From Octopus vulgaris (lineage: Eukaryota): a stretch of DNA of 64,000 bases. The notes beneath the pieces were generated by a model. It searched no databases, was not told the DNA's origin, and saw only the letters and a program-made list of their open reading frames with translations. The stretch lies in assembly GCA_951406725.2 (NCBI GenBank), contig OX597815.1:97092001-97156000 (forward strand), written 5' to 3'. Of the stretch, positions 27,217 through 39,912 are shown piece after piece (position 1 is the first letter of the stretch; every line of letters starts with the position of its first letter). A program made the position numbers and the translations under genes.

Positions 27217-27323
27217 TTAAATAATGAGGGAGATAAATTTAATATTAAATTAATTAATATCAATTTAAAACCAGTAGCCTAGCATACAAAAATCTGAAAA
27301 ATCAGAGAAAATACTAATACATG

Positions 27324-27567
27324 TGTATATTCAAAAGGCAATACCACTAGGTAGTCGGCCGTATGCTAGAAATAGATCACCTACCATCAAACTACAAAGA
27401 AAAGAATGTTCTCTAGAGGAAAATTCAGCGGACACCAGAACAATTAGGCGGGCAAGACAGATGAAAATTATATAAAAAACCAGAATTACTCACAGACTTT
27501 CGTCTATTAACAAATAGGTGATCTATTTCTAGCATACGGCCGACTACCAAGTGGTCATGCCCTTTGA

Positions 27568-27574
<7 letters not shown>
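27324..27574. mobile_element. MITE-like element with about 60-bp terminal inverted repeats
   Basis: TGTATATTCAAAAGGCAATACCACTAGGTAGTCGGCCGTATGCTAGAAATAGATCACCTA (27324-27383) pairs with 27515-27574; adjoins (TA)n. Confidence 0.85.
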
Positions 27575-27611
<37 letters not shown>

Positions 27612-27614
<3 letters not shown>

Positions 27615-28140
27615 CAAAATGAGCAACAAGGATATCCAAGGTAGTGTAGTACAATTGTTTCATGCTACTTCGTTTTATTAAAGACTGTAAATATTACATC
27701 AAATTTAAAATATCGAGCAATCTTCAGCCACATATAGAACTTTTTGAATAAACGGACAATGCACTTTCTTATACTTATTTTAATTTGCCAACATTACAAA
27801 GAGTGTAGATATATAGAAAGAGAGGTTAATTTGATATTTAAGAACATGGTGGTAGTATGTTCTTCTCCGTCTGTAGATTTCTTTTATCACTGAGTTCACT
27901 TTGTTATTCAGATCTATCAGTGGGGAGGGGGTTTTCTATTCTTGGTTGGATGGAGACAAACAAGAATTTTTTTTCTATTTATAGTTAGAGGCAGGGGTAG
28001 TACAAATGTTAAAGCCATAAATCCATACTTATTTTGAGGAATTTAGTTTAGACATATTTGAATGTATTATAGCAAAAGCTAGTAGGCTCAAAATTCAGGT
28101 GCCTTTAACTTAAGTACCATATTCATCTGAAAGTATATTT
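27612..28140 (-). mobile_element. PLE-type 3' terminal segment between (TA)n tracts
   Basis: Carries the hammerhead at 27644-27734; flanked on both sides by TA microsatellite. Confidence 0.55.
27644..27734 (-). ncRNA. Type I hammerhead ribozyme candidate with long stem II
   Basis: TGTGGG-CTGAAGA-TTGCT[AT-rich insert]AGCAT-GAAAC-AATT-GTA-CTACA: all core nucleotides present, palindromic stem III ACAATTGT, GUA cleavage triplet. Confidence 0.7.
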
Positions 28141-28170
28141 TGCTGAACTTATATATATATATATATTTAC

Positions 28171-28262
<92 letters not shown>

Positions 28263-28545
28263 GGATATATATATGTATGCATACGTATATATTAATAAAC
28301 ACAGACATATATATATGTTGTTTCATATATATATGTGCGTGCGCGCGCGTGTGAAATACATATTAAACACAGTATCGAAGCATTATTTCAGGGTAAGTCC
28401 CAGGTCCCTTGTCTGCGGAGCAAGTTCACCACTTTTGGTTACCAGGCATCATCAACGATACCAGCCATCAAACATCCAGGAACTCAAAGATGGACGTTGT
28501 GTATATATTAAAGATAAAAAGAGAGGACGGAACAATTAATATTAT

Positions 28546-28650
28546 CACACCAGCTGTTTCAGCTTCAACATTCACTGCATTCTTGTTGGCGTGGAAAATG
28601 CAAAAACACCAGGTGCAATTCACAGTGCATAGAAGACTCCTCAGGTTGGA
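28546..28650 (-). ncRNA. Decayed hammerhead-like motif with long stem II
   Basis: CTGAGGA-GTCTTC...GAAGCT-GAAAC-AGCT-GGT; cleavage triplet disrupted. Confidence 0.4.
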
Positions 28651-29157
28651 CAATAGGGTTTTAATGTTGGAGATTTACATTTCAGTTTCACAGTATTGAA
28701 ACAATTTAGCAGTTATTGAAGCGCACAGTCAAACAGACGCGCGCATTCAAACGCTTAAATCAATTTAAAGATATATATACACGCACAGATGAATGATTAT
28801 ATGCGTGGCATCTACCGGCACACACCAACACATGTATGTATGTCATTCAGTCACACACGGGCGCAGTTATGCAGGCATAGAGAAACACATCTACACACAC
28901 GGATACATCCCTCAGGGAACAAAAATTGACCGACTCAGATACATACAGAGATCACACAAGCACTGCCTCCAAAAAGCACATGCCTGCACTCAAACAGATG
29001 CAGTTACAGACACACTCACACATGCACATTCACACATGCACACACCACAGGACATACAAAAATCGAAATGTAAATTAACACTCAATTTCCTTACTAGGGA
29101 AAAGGTCATTAATAAATTTACTGAACGCATTTCCCGTCGTGACACAAAATATATTCG

Positions 29158-29330
29158 TATGTATGTATGTATGTATGTATGTATGTATGTATGTATGTAT
29201 GTATGTATGTATGTATGTATGTATGTATGTATGTATGTATGTATGTATGTATGTATGTATGTATGTATGTACGTACGTATGTATGAATGTATGTATGTGT
29301 GTATGTATGTAAGTATGTATGTATGCATAG
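29158..29330 (+). repeat. (TATG)n microsatellite
   Basis: Directly visible. Confidence 0.97.
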
Positions 29331-29341
29331 ATAGATAAATA

Positions 29342-30142
29342 TTAAGTTGTCAAAGTTATTGAGGAACTTTTGATTTTGGTTTTAAATTATGTATTTTCAA
29401 ATTAATTTTCGTTAAATTACTTTGACTATATAAATCAATTTAAGGCCGGTTTTTTTGCTCTATCTAATCCTGTTACTCATTTTCGTTTTGAATAATTAGG
29501 CCATTTTTTCCGGAACGTTGAATACAACATTGACAAAAAGCAAATTCGCACAATTTTTTTTATTCCAGTTCAAGCTAGGCCAAAACACTGCTGAAACAGC
29601 TTGCGATATCAACAATGCGTTTGGTCCAGGAACCACTAATGAAGGCACAGCACAATGGTGGTTCAAGAAATTTCGTAGCGGTGACGAGAGTCTTGAATAT
29701 GATAAGCGTAGTTCTGGCCATCAGTTGTTGACATCGATTAACTAAGAGCTCTAGTGGAAGCCAATCCACGTACAACTGTTCGAGAGCTTGCTTGTGAATT
29801 AAACGTAACGTATACGACAATTTCCAACCACTTTAGGAGTTGAACGAATTGGGCTACGAGACTCTGCCTCATCCACCATACTCACCAGACCTCTCGCCTA
29901 CCGACTATCACTTTTGAAGCATCTCGACAACTTCCTGCGTGAGAAATGCTTCAAAAACCCAGACGATGCCCAAATACGCCTTCAACGGCTTCATCGCCAT
30001 CAGAATGCAGCATTTTTACGCTACTGGCATAAACAAACTTTTTCGCGTTGGCAAATGTGTGTTGATTCAGTTTTGTTTGGGCCGAGATATGTGCATCTGA
30101 ATTTAAATGTTAAAAACCGCAAGAAATTTCTTGACAACCTAA
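29342..30142 (+). mobile_element. Internally deleted mariner (Hsmar1/cecropia-like) DNA transposon
   Basis: TA-flanked TIRs TTAAGTTGTCAA / TTGACAACCTAA. N-terminal FKLGQNTAETACDINNAFGPGTTNEGTAQWWFKKFRSGDESLE; near 29837 it jumps to LNELGYETLPHPPYSPDLSPTDYH..KHLDNFL. Confidence 0.93.
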
Positions 30143-30536
30143 TAGAGAGATATATATACATACGTAGATCTACATATATAGAGAGTGTTAGAAGTGGTGT
30201 ACAGATATTGAATATTGAGTAAAGAAGATGTTGTCAGAATTTTGAAAAACTTGCTTATTGTTTAATTATTTGGTCATTATTATTAGAGCTTTCATTCGTC
30301 TTCCAACTTGTCAAATAAAATAGTAAGTGTGAAAACATGTTATTCATTTATAGAAATCAGTTGTTTTTTTTATGTTTGGAAGAGGAGAACATTGCTTCTG
30401 TTTATGTGGTTTTGGGTGAGGTTCCAGGACAATGCAGATAGATAGATAAGTAGATAGATAGTCAGACAGCCAGTCAGATAGATGTATAGAGAGAGGGAGG
30501 GGAGGGATTTCTTTACAATTTGTAGTGTATATATTT

Positions 30537-30570
<34 letters not shown>

Positions 30571-31179
30571 ATGTATAACTAAGATACCTTAGTTGTATGA
30601 ATGTTATAATATTCAGACGATCTTCCTAAAGCTTCCCTCTATAAAACCTGTCCAAGTTGCCGCGTAGTAAAACTGAACGGGGAACAATGCGGTTGTGACG
30701 CAAACTCCTAAGCACATGACACATTATACTGTTAATGATTAATGTTACTGCATATATTTTTCGAGTGATACATTTTCAAGATTGTCTTAAACATTTTTCT
30801 TGAATTTCTGGTCGTGATATAGATGTGTGAACTGATGTTGCCAAGTCAAAGGTGTATTTGATTGGAGCACAGTTTAGATGTTCGAAAGAAAATAACATAT
30901 ATTATTTTAAAATTGTTTGTTTGAAGTGGATACTGATTTCAAATGTTCATGTCTCTTTTAATAATTACTCTGTCTTGTGAGGATATTTGTGTTTGACATC
31001 ATTCTATTGTGAAATATACATATTTTGTCTCATGTTATTAAATATAGTTTTCAACTTATAGAAGTGGTCTACAATATGTGTCCAGAAGATGAAACATTTG
31101 TCCTGTTTTCAAATAGGTATTTAGGAAAGTTATTAACGAAATATGAAGTAGAATGTTCGTACCATAAGGTATATTGGCG

Positions 31180-31269
<90 letters not shown>

Positions 31270-32114
31270 GCGTATATATATGTGTGTTTGTACGTGCGAG
31301 TTTGTCTGAGTTTGTACGTGAGTGTGTGTGCGAGTTTGTGTGTGTGAAATAGAGAGAGAGAGAGGGGGGAAAGGAGCTGGTGTCCGTGATTATATATGCA
31401 TGTGTGCGATTCTAGACGTGAACAATTTCCACCTGTTCTGAAATACACCTCGAGGGAATCCTAACAACACTACTCTCTATTTACCAATTATTATTTTACC
31501 TACATGTTTATGTTCGTGATTGCATCAAAGTAACATAGTGATATTTCTGAGAAATCTGTTCCTAACACATCTCTGTCTAAAGATATTTCGTGTGTAGATA
31601 CATTTGTAATTCTCTTTAAAATATGCCTATTATCCATATCCAGAACAAATAATTCCCTTAAACTAAACTCATTCCTTCAGTGTTAAGTGACTACACGCAA
31701 ATAGAATTGTAAGCGAGCAAGTTTCAAACACTCTGTCGTAAATTCCCTGTGGATTGGAAATGTGAATGTTGTAAGGTTTTATCTCCAATAACCTAGCTGT
31801 TTGACAAGTAGAGATTCATGAAATACGTGCTAGACTGAAATAAATGAAATCTGTATGATCGATTAAAATCCTTGAATGCGTTGAACCGTCATAATTTTCT
31901 TCGTCTTTGTCATCATCGTTGCCGTTACCATCATCAACGCCGTCGTCAATACCATCATTATCATCGTCGTCGTTAGACAATTTACATTCAATAGTAACAG
32001 TATTCGCATAGCCGCCTCTATCTAGTCTACCTACCATGCCATATTGATTTTTAGTAGAATTCTACTTCCTACTTCTAATATTTCTCCTGCCGCGTGTCAT
32101 AACTGCACAGTCTC

Positions 32115-32168
<54 letters not shown>

Positions 32169-32662
32169 ATTTAAATCTCTGACAATAAACAACTAGTGTC
32201 ATGCATATTTACTTCAGACTACCTCCCACTATCGAATATAATTTCCTTTATATGACAGCTATTCACCTCATATTGTCTCTCTCCTAGTCTCTCTTTTCCT
32301 CTGTCACTCTCTCTCTCTCTCTTTCCCCTCTTGTTTAGCCAATCTTTCTATCTGTCTCTTTAAATACCTCTCTTTGTATCTCTGCACCAATCGATACCTA
32401 TTTATTGCTACCGTTGCTGCTGATGCTATTGTTATTATCAAAAGAACCTCCTCAAATCCAGTTACATTTTTTTCATATGTATTTGTTTGTTTCTGTTTAA
32501 ACTCAATAACACATGTGAGAGGGGTGATTGTGGCTTTCATCTTTGTAAGGTCGATAAAAAAAATAATAAAAGGAAAAGAAAAAGGAAGTTAATATTAATA
32601 TACAATGTTTAGTAATATCGCTTTATCACTCCTTACAAGAATGAGCTTTATGCCAAGAAAAG

Positions 32663-32676
32663 ATAATAATAATATT

Positions 32677-32717
<41 letters not shown>

Positions 32718-32737
32718 CAACAACAACAACAGCAACA

Positions 32738-32771
<34 letters not shown>

Positions 32772-32879
32772 TAATAATAATAATAGTAATAATAATAATA
32801 GCAATAATAATAATAGTAATAATAATAATAGTAATAATAATAATAGTAATACTACTACTACTATTACTACTACTACTAC

Positions 32880-32941
<62 letters not shown>

Positions 32942-32958
32942 GTAACCATAATGATAAC
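32663..32958 (+). repeat. Compound (AAT)/(AAC)/(ACT)n microsatellite
   Basis: Directly visible. Confidence 0.95.
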
Positions 32959-32959
32959 T

Positions 32960-33060
32960 AGAATACGTTACTAGGGACGGCTAGAATACTTAGGAGGGTT
33001 CTTGGCATCTAAGGTTACTTTTGTAGTCGGATGTTAGGAAGTTTTGTTTCCCAACAGACT
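32960..33060 (+). mobile_element. 3' tip of an R4/Dong-type element
   Basis: TLLGTARIL C-terminal motif and short 3' UTR ending in TAA. Confidence 0.65.
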
Positions 33061-33109
33061 AATATGTTGTACTTATGTGAAATAACTTTTTTCTGTGGCT
33101 CTGACTGCC

Positions 33110-34300
33110 GAAAGCATTCTTTCTTTACTCTGTACCACATAATTACGGAAAAGTGGCTGAAAGAGTAGGAGAATTCAATGAGAAGGACGAACAGCAGAAT
33201 AAACAAATGGAAAGAAATAGAACTGCCTGACCATTACATACAACACACCGAGAATGCTGGAAGAGAACATACCTGGCTTTGGTTCATGAGTGGGAAATTT
33301 AAATGAGAAACAGAAACACTAATTTTGGCTTCTCCGGAAGATGCACCTTGAAGAAATCTGATAAGCTCATACATCAGCAAATCTCAGACACCAAATGTAG
33401 TAGTTGAAGGTAAGGAGACGAGAGTATCAATCGCATTTTCAGTGAGTGCAGTACACTAGTGCAACAGGAGTGAAATTGCAGATTCGTTTGTGTAGGCACA
33501 AAAATGCATGCAGATAATACCAATAGTAGCTTCAAAATTAGCAGAAGGCTTACAAATTTAAGTGAGGGGCAAGCATGTTCATTTAAGACCTAGTTATTTT
33601 ATCGTCGCCCAAATAACGTGAAGCAGAGAAATCTCAGCAGAATACGAACACAGCAATAACAACAACAACAGATAATAATAATAACAATAATAATAATAAA
33701 AGCAACAACAATAATAATTATAATAAATACAATAACAATAGCCCAAAACCTCTACTGACTAATATGCTATAAATATCGTTATAAGGTTACGAGTTCTTGG
33801 AAAACCTAATGGAAGAAAAGAGGAAGGAAGAAATCTTCTGGGATTTTTATTTACAGACAGACAAAGCGTTAGAGCAGCGAAGGCCGGTTATAGAAACCTT
33901 TAGGCGGGATAAACAAGACTGCGTAATAATCGACGAAGCAGTGCCAGCAGATCAACATATCATCATGAAGAAAAGAGAAAAAGTTGATAAATATGGAAAC
34001 CTGAGAATTGAGATCACTAGCATGTGGCAGCTACCAGAGTCGAACATAAAGGTTACCTCTATCGTCATCGGTGCATTGGGTTCATTACTACCCAATCTGA
34101 AAAAAAAACATCTGAAATTCTTAGTAATACTCTACAATCAAGATGTATTGCAAACATAGGCATTGCTTGGAACTGCACGTATATTGCATCAAATACTGTC
34201 TGCCTGAGGTCCTTCTTGAGACTTGACAAACACTACAAACCATCGTTAGACACAATATCTTCTAGCAACAAGCTCACGACATTGCATATTATGCGACGTT
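33110..34300 (+). mobile_element. Decayed R4/Dong-type 3' portion, interrupted at about 33480-33780
   Basis: TWLWFMSGKFK*ETETLILA; IFWDFYLQTDKALEQRRP..IIDEAVP..KREKVDKYGNL..IVIGALG; ALLGTARIL; ends in (TAA/TAG)n. Confidence 0.85.
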
Positions 34301-34322
34301 TATAATAGTAATAGTAATAGTA

Positions 34323-34378
<56 letters not shown>

Positions 34379-34399
34379 GATGATGATGATGATGATGAT

Positions 34400-35115
34400 G
34401 ATGATGGATATGAAGTATGGTTAATGAAAGTTGGGTAAGAAATAGTGAGTGAAAAACACCCAGATCTAAATATCAACAAATGCATTAATGAGTAAAGTGT
34501 GAGAGAAAATGCCGAATTGGAAGGGCCCAGGATCAAATTTAGTTCAAGAGTACTGGCTAAAGAAATTCAGTAGTTTAAATGGGAAACTGAGGAAACAACT
34601 TCAGAATTGCACTAATGGAGAAATAGTACCAGATTGGATGACTAAAAGGAGGACAATACTCATAATAAAAGATACGAGCAACGGTAATACAGCTAGCAAT
34701 TATACACCAATCACTTGCTTGTCATTAATGTGGAAGCTGTTAAGTGGAAGCTATAAACGAGAATTTAATGTTAGAAAAACAAAAAGGTTGCAGGAAGAAG
34801 GGTAGAAGAACGCATGAACTATTATACATAGACCAATCAGTTCTAAAAGAAGTAAAAGCTGAAAAGAAAAATCCAGCATAGTTTAGATAGATTATAGGAA
34901 AGTCTATGACATGATCCCACACTCAAGGATCAGTGAGTCTGAGTATATTCAGTATGACAGACAAAATAAGAGAATTAATTAGCTTTATCATGAAGAAACG
35001 GAAAGTAGTTCTCTACTCAGGTGACACAGTCTTAGGGAAAGTTAATATCAAGGGAGGAATTTTCCAGTGGCACTCGTCCCATTTAATATTTGTCTTATGT
35101 TTGAACGCACTCAGT
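34400..35115 (+). pseudogene. R4/Dong-type reverse transcriptase fragment (domains 0-4)
   Basis: MPNWKGPG..YWLKKF; NYTPITCLSLMWKLLSG; QKGCRK; DYRKVYDMIPHS; GIFQ..LIFVLCLNAL. Confidence 0.9.
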
Positions 35116-35900
35116 TTTGTCTCTCGGATTTTCCTTCTGCATCTCTTCTCTTCCACTGGCTGTTTGTCATTCATCTAGTTATACACACAACTAGATGTTA
35201 GTCCAGTTATCAACTTTCACATCACCAGAGGCAGACAGGAGATAAGCCGGTAATGAGCCACTACATTAACATTACTTGATGCGTTTGTCAAAGAACCGTT
35301 TTACTTATGGTCAGCCACTTTGCGATGTCCGCTCCGTTGTCGATCACTTTATCCATTTGCGCAGTTATTCTTTTGCGTTGTGCCAGGAAATTTTTTCCAT
35401 CAATACCATTGTACCCCATCCGAGTTTGGGCATTTCCAGCTCATGATCCCGGTTGTCTGCTCGATCACCATTTTAGCTACTATTGTTATATTAAACCTGT
35501 TTCACTGCATATTTCTCCGATCTTAATTCCGTCAACCATGCAGCGTCTTTGTTGTGCTTTCTTCTATTATCCCAGATATTGGAACAAAACCTTGATTTTA
35601 TATTATCGAATTCTTTGGTAATATTATTTCATTTTTGTAGCAGTCTTAGTTTCAGCTTTTGAAAGACTACATTTAGCCTCGTAAAATCTCGTGATTTTTA
35701 TCCTATAACTACTTTCGAGACCTTGATATTTCTCCTTGATGATTTCACCTTATTTCTTTCTTCCGAAGGTTTTGATATATTTTCGTTGCTCGTTCATTGA
35801 TTGTTTTATCATTCGTTTCCGCTAAGGCTCTTTTCCCGCAATTTCTTTTTTTATATTATTGCTTCACCGCTCGGATTATTAGCTCTGTATCCAATATATC
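35115..35900 (-). pseudogene. Second R4/Dong-type RT N-terminal fragment in opposite orientation
   Basis: Minus strand: FCSNIWDN; MSWKCPNSDGVQWY*WKKF; HYRLISCLPL; EEKRCRRKIRETK. Confidence 0.8.
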
Positions 35901-37069
35901 AGTAGTAAGCAATTAAGTGCTTCCATGCTTGTGCAGGTTTGTTGCGTGAGTGAATATTTGCGCGTACCCTAATATATCTAAGTTATTACTTATGCTAAGA
36001 TGTCGAAATTTATTTTTGTTACTTATGCTAGCTGTCTATTGCCTTTTCTAATTGTTATTTTATATATGAAATAAAAACACTAGTTCGCAACTTGTGCTTA
36101 GCAGTCTAGTATTAGCATGAAATACCCAAACTGTTCCTCAAGAAAGAGAAAAAGGAAACATGTAATAATCGACACCTTTTTAGCTATAGGCCTATGATGC
36201 TTAGTCATGTCTTATATACAAGATATTGACTTGCAACTTGAATTTCGTTTAAGATTTTACATTTCCAATTTGCATTTTTGTTTTCGTACAACACGTTTCC
36301 ACCATGAAAAATGACATGCTCATTTGTTTTGATGAAGGCCCCATTTCCATTGTTTTAATACGGAGAGGCTGATATTGTTTCTGTTCTAGTTGTGCTTTGC
36401 ATTTTAGAAAATGAACACTTTCCTAAATCAACATGACATATGTCTAGAATACGAGAAAGAGATGGTCAAAAAGAAAAACTATCAACGATTTTGTCAGATG
36501 GTGTATACTAATAATAGCAAATGGGGAGTGTCAGATATTTAATATAAGGAGTGCAAAGAAATGTGCAGTAAAATGTTTAGAGTTCAATAATGTTAGACCA
36601 AGCAGAATCCGAGAACAGAAGCTCGTAAAGAAGAAAACATCACGATGAATTGATTTTCAATATTTAACTTTATATTTAGAAGAAATCCTCCTAGTCATAA
36701 TATGATTACTAAGCCAAACACAAAATCGCATTTAGTTTTTCAAAAGTTTGTATTTCTAGTAAGTTTATTTGATGTAGAATATCGAACAGTTATATTCAAA
36801 AGCATATGCATGCAAGCTATTAGTTATAACAAAATAAAATCAATTCTACGAAAGCCAACATGCAGTGGAAATAATTTCTCATACAGTTAAATACGGAGAA
36901 AATTTTATTTAGTAATTTTTAGTGCAGTAATGCAAAGTACATTGAAATATTGACTTCAAATAAATATAAGAAAACTGTTTTATAAATTCATCTGCATTCA
37001 ACTGACATCCGCAAAAATATTTCTTTTAAACATAGTCTTTAATGATACTTTTAAAAGCACGTATTTTAT

Positions 37070-39330
37070 TAAGGTTGACCTTTACGCTCTGAGTAAAGAC
37101 GAAGACGACTATGCCTTTCGCCCTTTCAGAAATCGATAAAAATGTTCACTTGTACACTGGTGCCGATGTAATCGACTCCCCCATTAGCTTCCAATTGCTA
37201 CCCAGCGGAGGAAAATTCGAAAACATTATTAATGTTGGCCCAAAGTAGCGAAATGGTAGAATAGTAATCCCGCTGCGCAAAATGCTTAGCAGCATTTCTT
37301 CCGTGTTTAGAATCTGAGTTCAATTTCTGCCAAGGTTGGTTTTGCCTTTCACATTTTTGGATTCGATAAAATAAGTAACAGCTGAGAACAGGGTTCGAGC
37401 TAAGCGACTCTAAACCCACACTACAAAGTATCAGGTCTTGTGCCTTATGTAGAAATATCGATTGCAACTGACCTGGGCAGCGAGCTGGCTGAACCTTTAG
37501 CTTAGCGGCACTTCTGGCTGTTTACTTTCTCAGTTTACTTTTGATTTTCATATTTTCGATAAAATATGATAAAATAAACTGCCACCCAAACACCGGGATT
37601 GATGTAATGCATTGCCCTATTCACCATAAAATTGTTGGGTGTTTGAGAAAATTTGAAACCATTATTGAAGTTGACTCACGGCAGAAATTAGGAGATACAT
37701 TATACCGCCGGAAAATTTTCTCGAGTTATTCGTTTCTTCTATTTACGTTGTGTGTTCTAATAGGTCTGTGGTCAAATTTGATTTCTTCCTGTGATCAATA
37801 ATATGATGTGCCGGACAAGTTTTTGATCGATATTATTGATCAATCCACTCTACTTAAAAACTTACATTTTTTTTGTCTTAATCAGAAAATATTAAATGCG
37901 GTGAGATGGCAGAATCTTTGGAATGTTGAAAAAAATGTACTTCCCTCTATTTGATTAGCTATCGAGTTCTAATTCAGCAAGAATCAATTTTAACTTTTAT
38001 TCCTCCAGTGCGAAAATCTAAAACAATTATTGAAGTTTGTCTGAAGCGTCGAGCTAACAGTCCGTACACTTTGTTCGACAGCTCTTTACATTGTAATTCT
38101 ACTTCCACCAGATTAAATGTCATCTTCAATCCTTTCGGCAGCGATAACAAGTTCCAATTGATAAAATAAGTACCATTGAATCTGATAAAATAAAGCTCAC
38201 CTTTGCTCATGTATGACCACAGGATTCGCACCTAGAAAGTTCCCTTCCGAGACACAAGTCCAGGTAAGGTTATTTGTTTCAAGGCAAGAGGTAGCCCATG
38301 CATATCGGTGCCTTCTCTTAAGGCCACTGATGTAATCCAAGGGAAAGGCAAAGACCGATTCAGCTTGGCACCAGTGACGTCGCAACTCATTTTTAGACTT
38401 GAGTGAACAAGAGAAACATGAAATAAAGTATCTTGCTCAAGAAAACAGTACATAGCTCGGTCCAGGAATGAAACTCACATCCTCACGCTTGTAAGCTCGA
38501 TGCTCTAACCACTAAGCTATACACTTCTACATTGAAGATATCGCCTACCACATGTGCTTCATACTAAGGCACGTGTTCCTTTATTAAAATCAATTATTTA
38601 AGCTGATTTAATCTACTATTCCTCCCGAAGCAAATTACAGTTCTTCTGGCGAAGCTACAACCATCTATCACTGTGATGGGTGCAATGGAAAAAAATCGCT
38701 CTGGAGCATTTACTCGAAATCCACTGTTCAAATTCCACTGTTTTCTACTTTTCATTTCTTTCACATCCGATAAAATATTGTACTGGTCAAATGCTGCGAG
38801 TTTTATAATGGAAAATTTCTTTCCGTCCAGTAGTTTAATAATTACGCTTACGTCAGTGAAACTTACTAAGGATAGGGATTAGCAGATTCTTTAGAACGGC
38901 CAAAAAGTTCATACTGTCCTTTTTGCAGCTCTATATTTTATGAGTTCAAGCTACCTAATGCAACGTTGATTTTCCTTCAACCGGTGTTACGAGAATGCAA
39001 CCTTAAGATGGTTGACCTTGTATATAAATTAAAACATTACTATGGTCATAAGGCAGTCGATTGCCTGAATCACTGGAAGTCGATTTTGCGCTTTATCCTG
39101 CTGCGGTCGATAAAATGAAAACCACTGAAATAATGCATTTGTTAAACTCCATGTTAAATCACTCTAAATCTCTAGTTTTGTGTCGACATAAGCAAACATC
39201 GTTTGGGATATTTTTTATTAATTGGGCAAACAATTGAATTGTTAGAATATCGACCAAAATGTTCAGGGATAAATGTTACAGAGCGATTCATCAACGTGCA
39301 TTCAGTTCATCAGATTTCAGGTAGAAATCG
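37070..39330 (+). mobile_element. Head-to-tail cluster of about 8 old diverged SINE copies
   Basis: Recurring head (GCAGCGAGCTGGC / GCGGTGAGATGGCAGAAT), GAGTTC B-box-like motif and TCGATAAAA-like body at about 37085, 37243, 37476, 37676, 37897, 38065, 38870 and 39050. Confidence 0.7.
38195..38525 (-). mobile_element. tRNA-derived CORE-like SINE
   Basis: Minus strand: A box TAGCTTAGTGGTTAGAGC, B-box-like GAGTTTCATTCC, CORE-like TTCTTGAGCAAGATACTTTA. Confidence 0.75.
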
Positions 39331-39567
39331 ATGGACATAAAATATATATTTAGGTAGTTTCTTTCGAAATGTCATCCCAATATTCAAAAACAGAAATAAG
39401 TGGTACACAGTGAGTGAACTGCCATGAGATGTAACGAACCTGAATTATAAATCATGTATCCGAGATTGCGAGATGATTGGGAATAACTCCTAAATAAGCT
39501 CTTAAATCAAAAATCAAGTATTTTTTTCAAGTAGCAAAGAACACCTTTCACAAATTTGCATACGTTT

Positions 39568-39912
39568 CGTAGCCAACCAACGATTGTACTGAGAAACTGG
39601 GATGCGTCTTGCTGCATGTATGATTCGGGAGCGCCAGCTCAGATTGTTTGGCTATGTTGCGCAATTTACAGATTTAGACACCGTTTGCCATGTTCTGTTC
39701 ACTGAGTATCCTGTTGGATTGACGGCCTATGTTACATGACGACTACATGTTACATGGTCACGGCAGTTGAAGAAGTGTCTTGCAGAGATGGAGACTTATG
39801 GGAATTCTGCTGGACGGGTTGCCCGGGAGGACCCAGGAGGATCCATGAAGGTGCAAAAAATGTTGACTGCAGCAAAACACTGTAACGGTGCATGACCGCA
39901 CACCTGACTTGG
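39568..39912 (+). mobile_element. RTE-clade LINE 3' fragment
   Basis: VANQRLY*ETGMR..CMIRERQLRLFGYVA...HVTWSRQL; ends in ACCTGACTTG. Confidence 0.75.

Noticed and set aside
29518-30222. SETMAR or an active transposase gene
   Set aside because: No SET domain; TIR-bounded, frameshifted, and the catalytic core is largely deleted.
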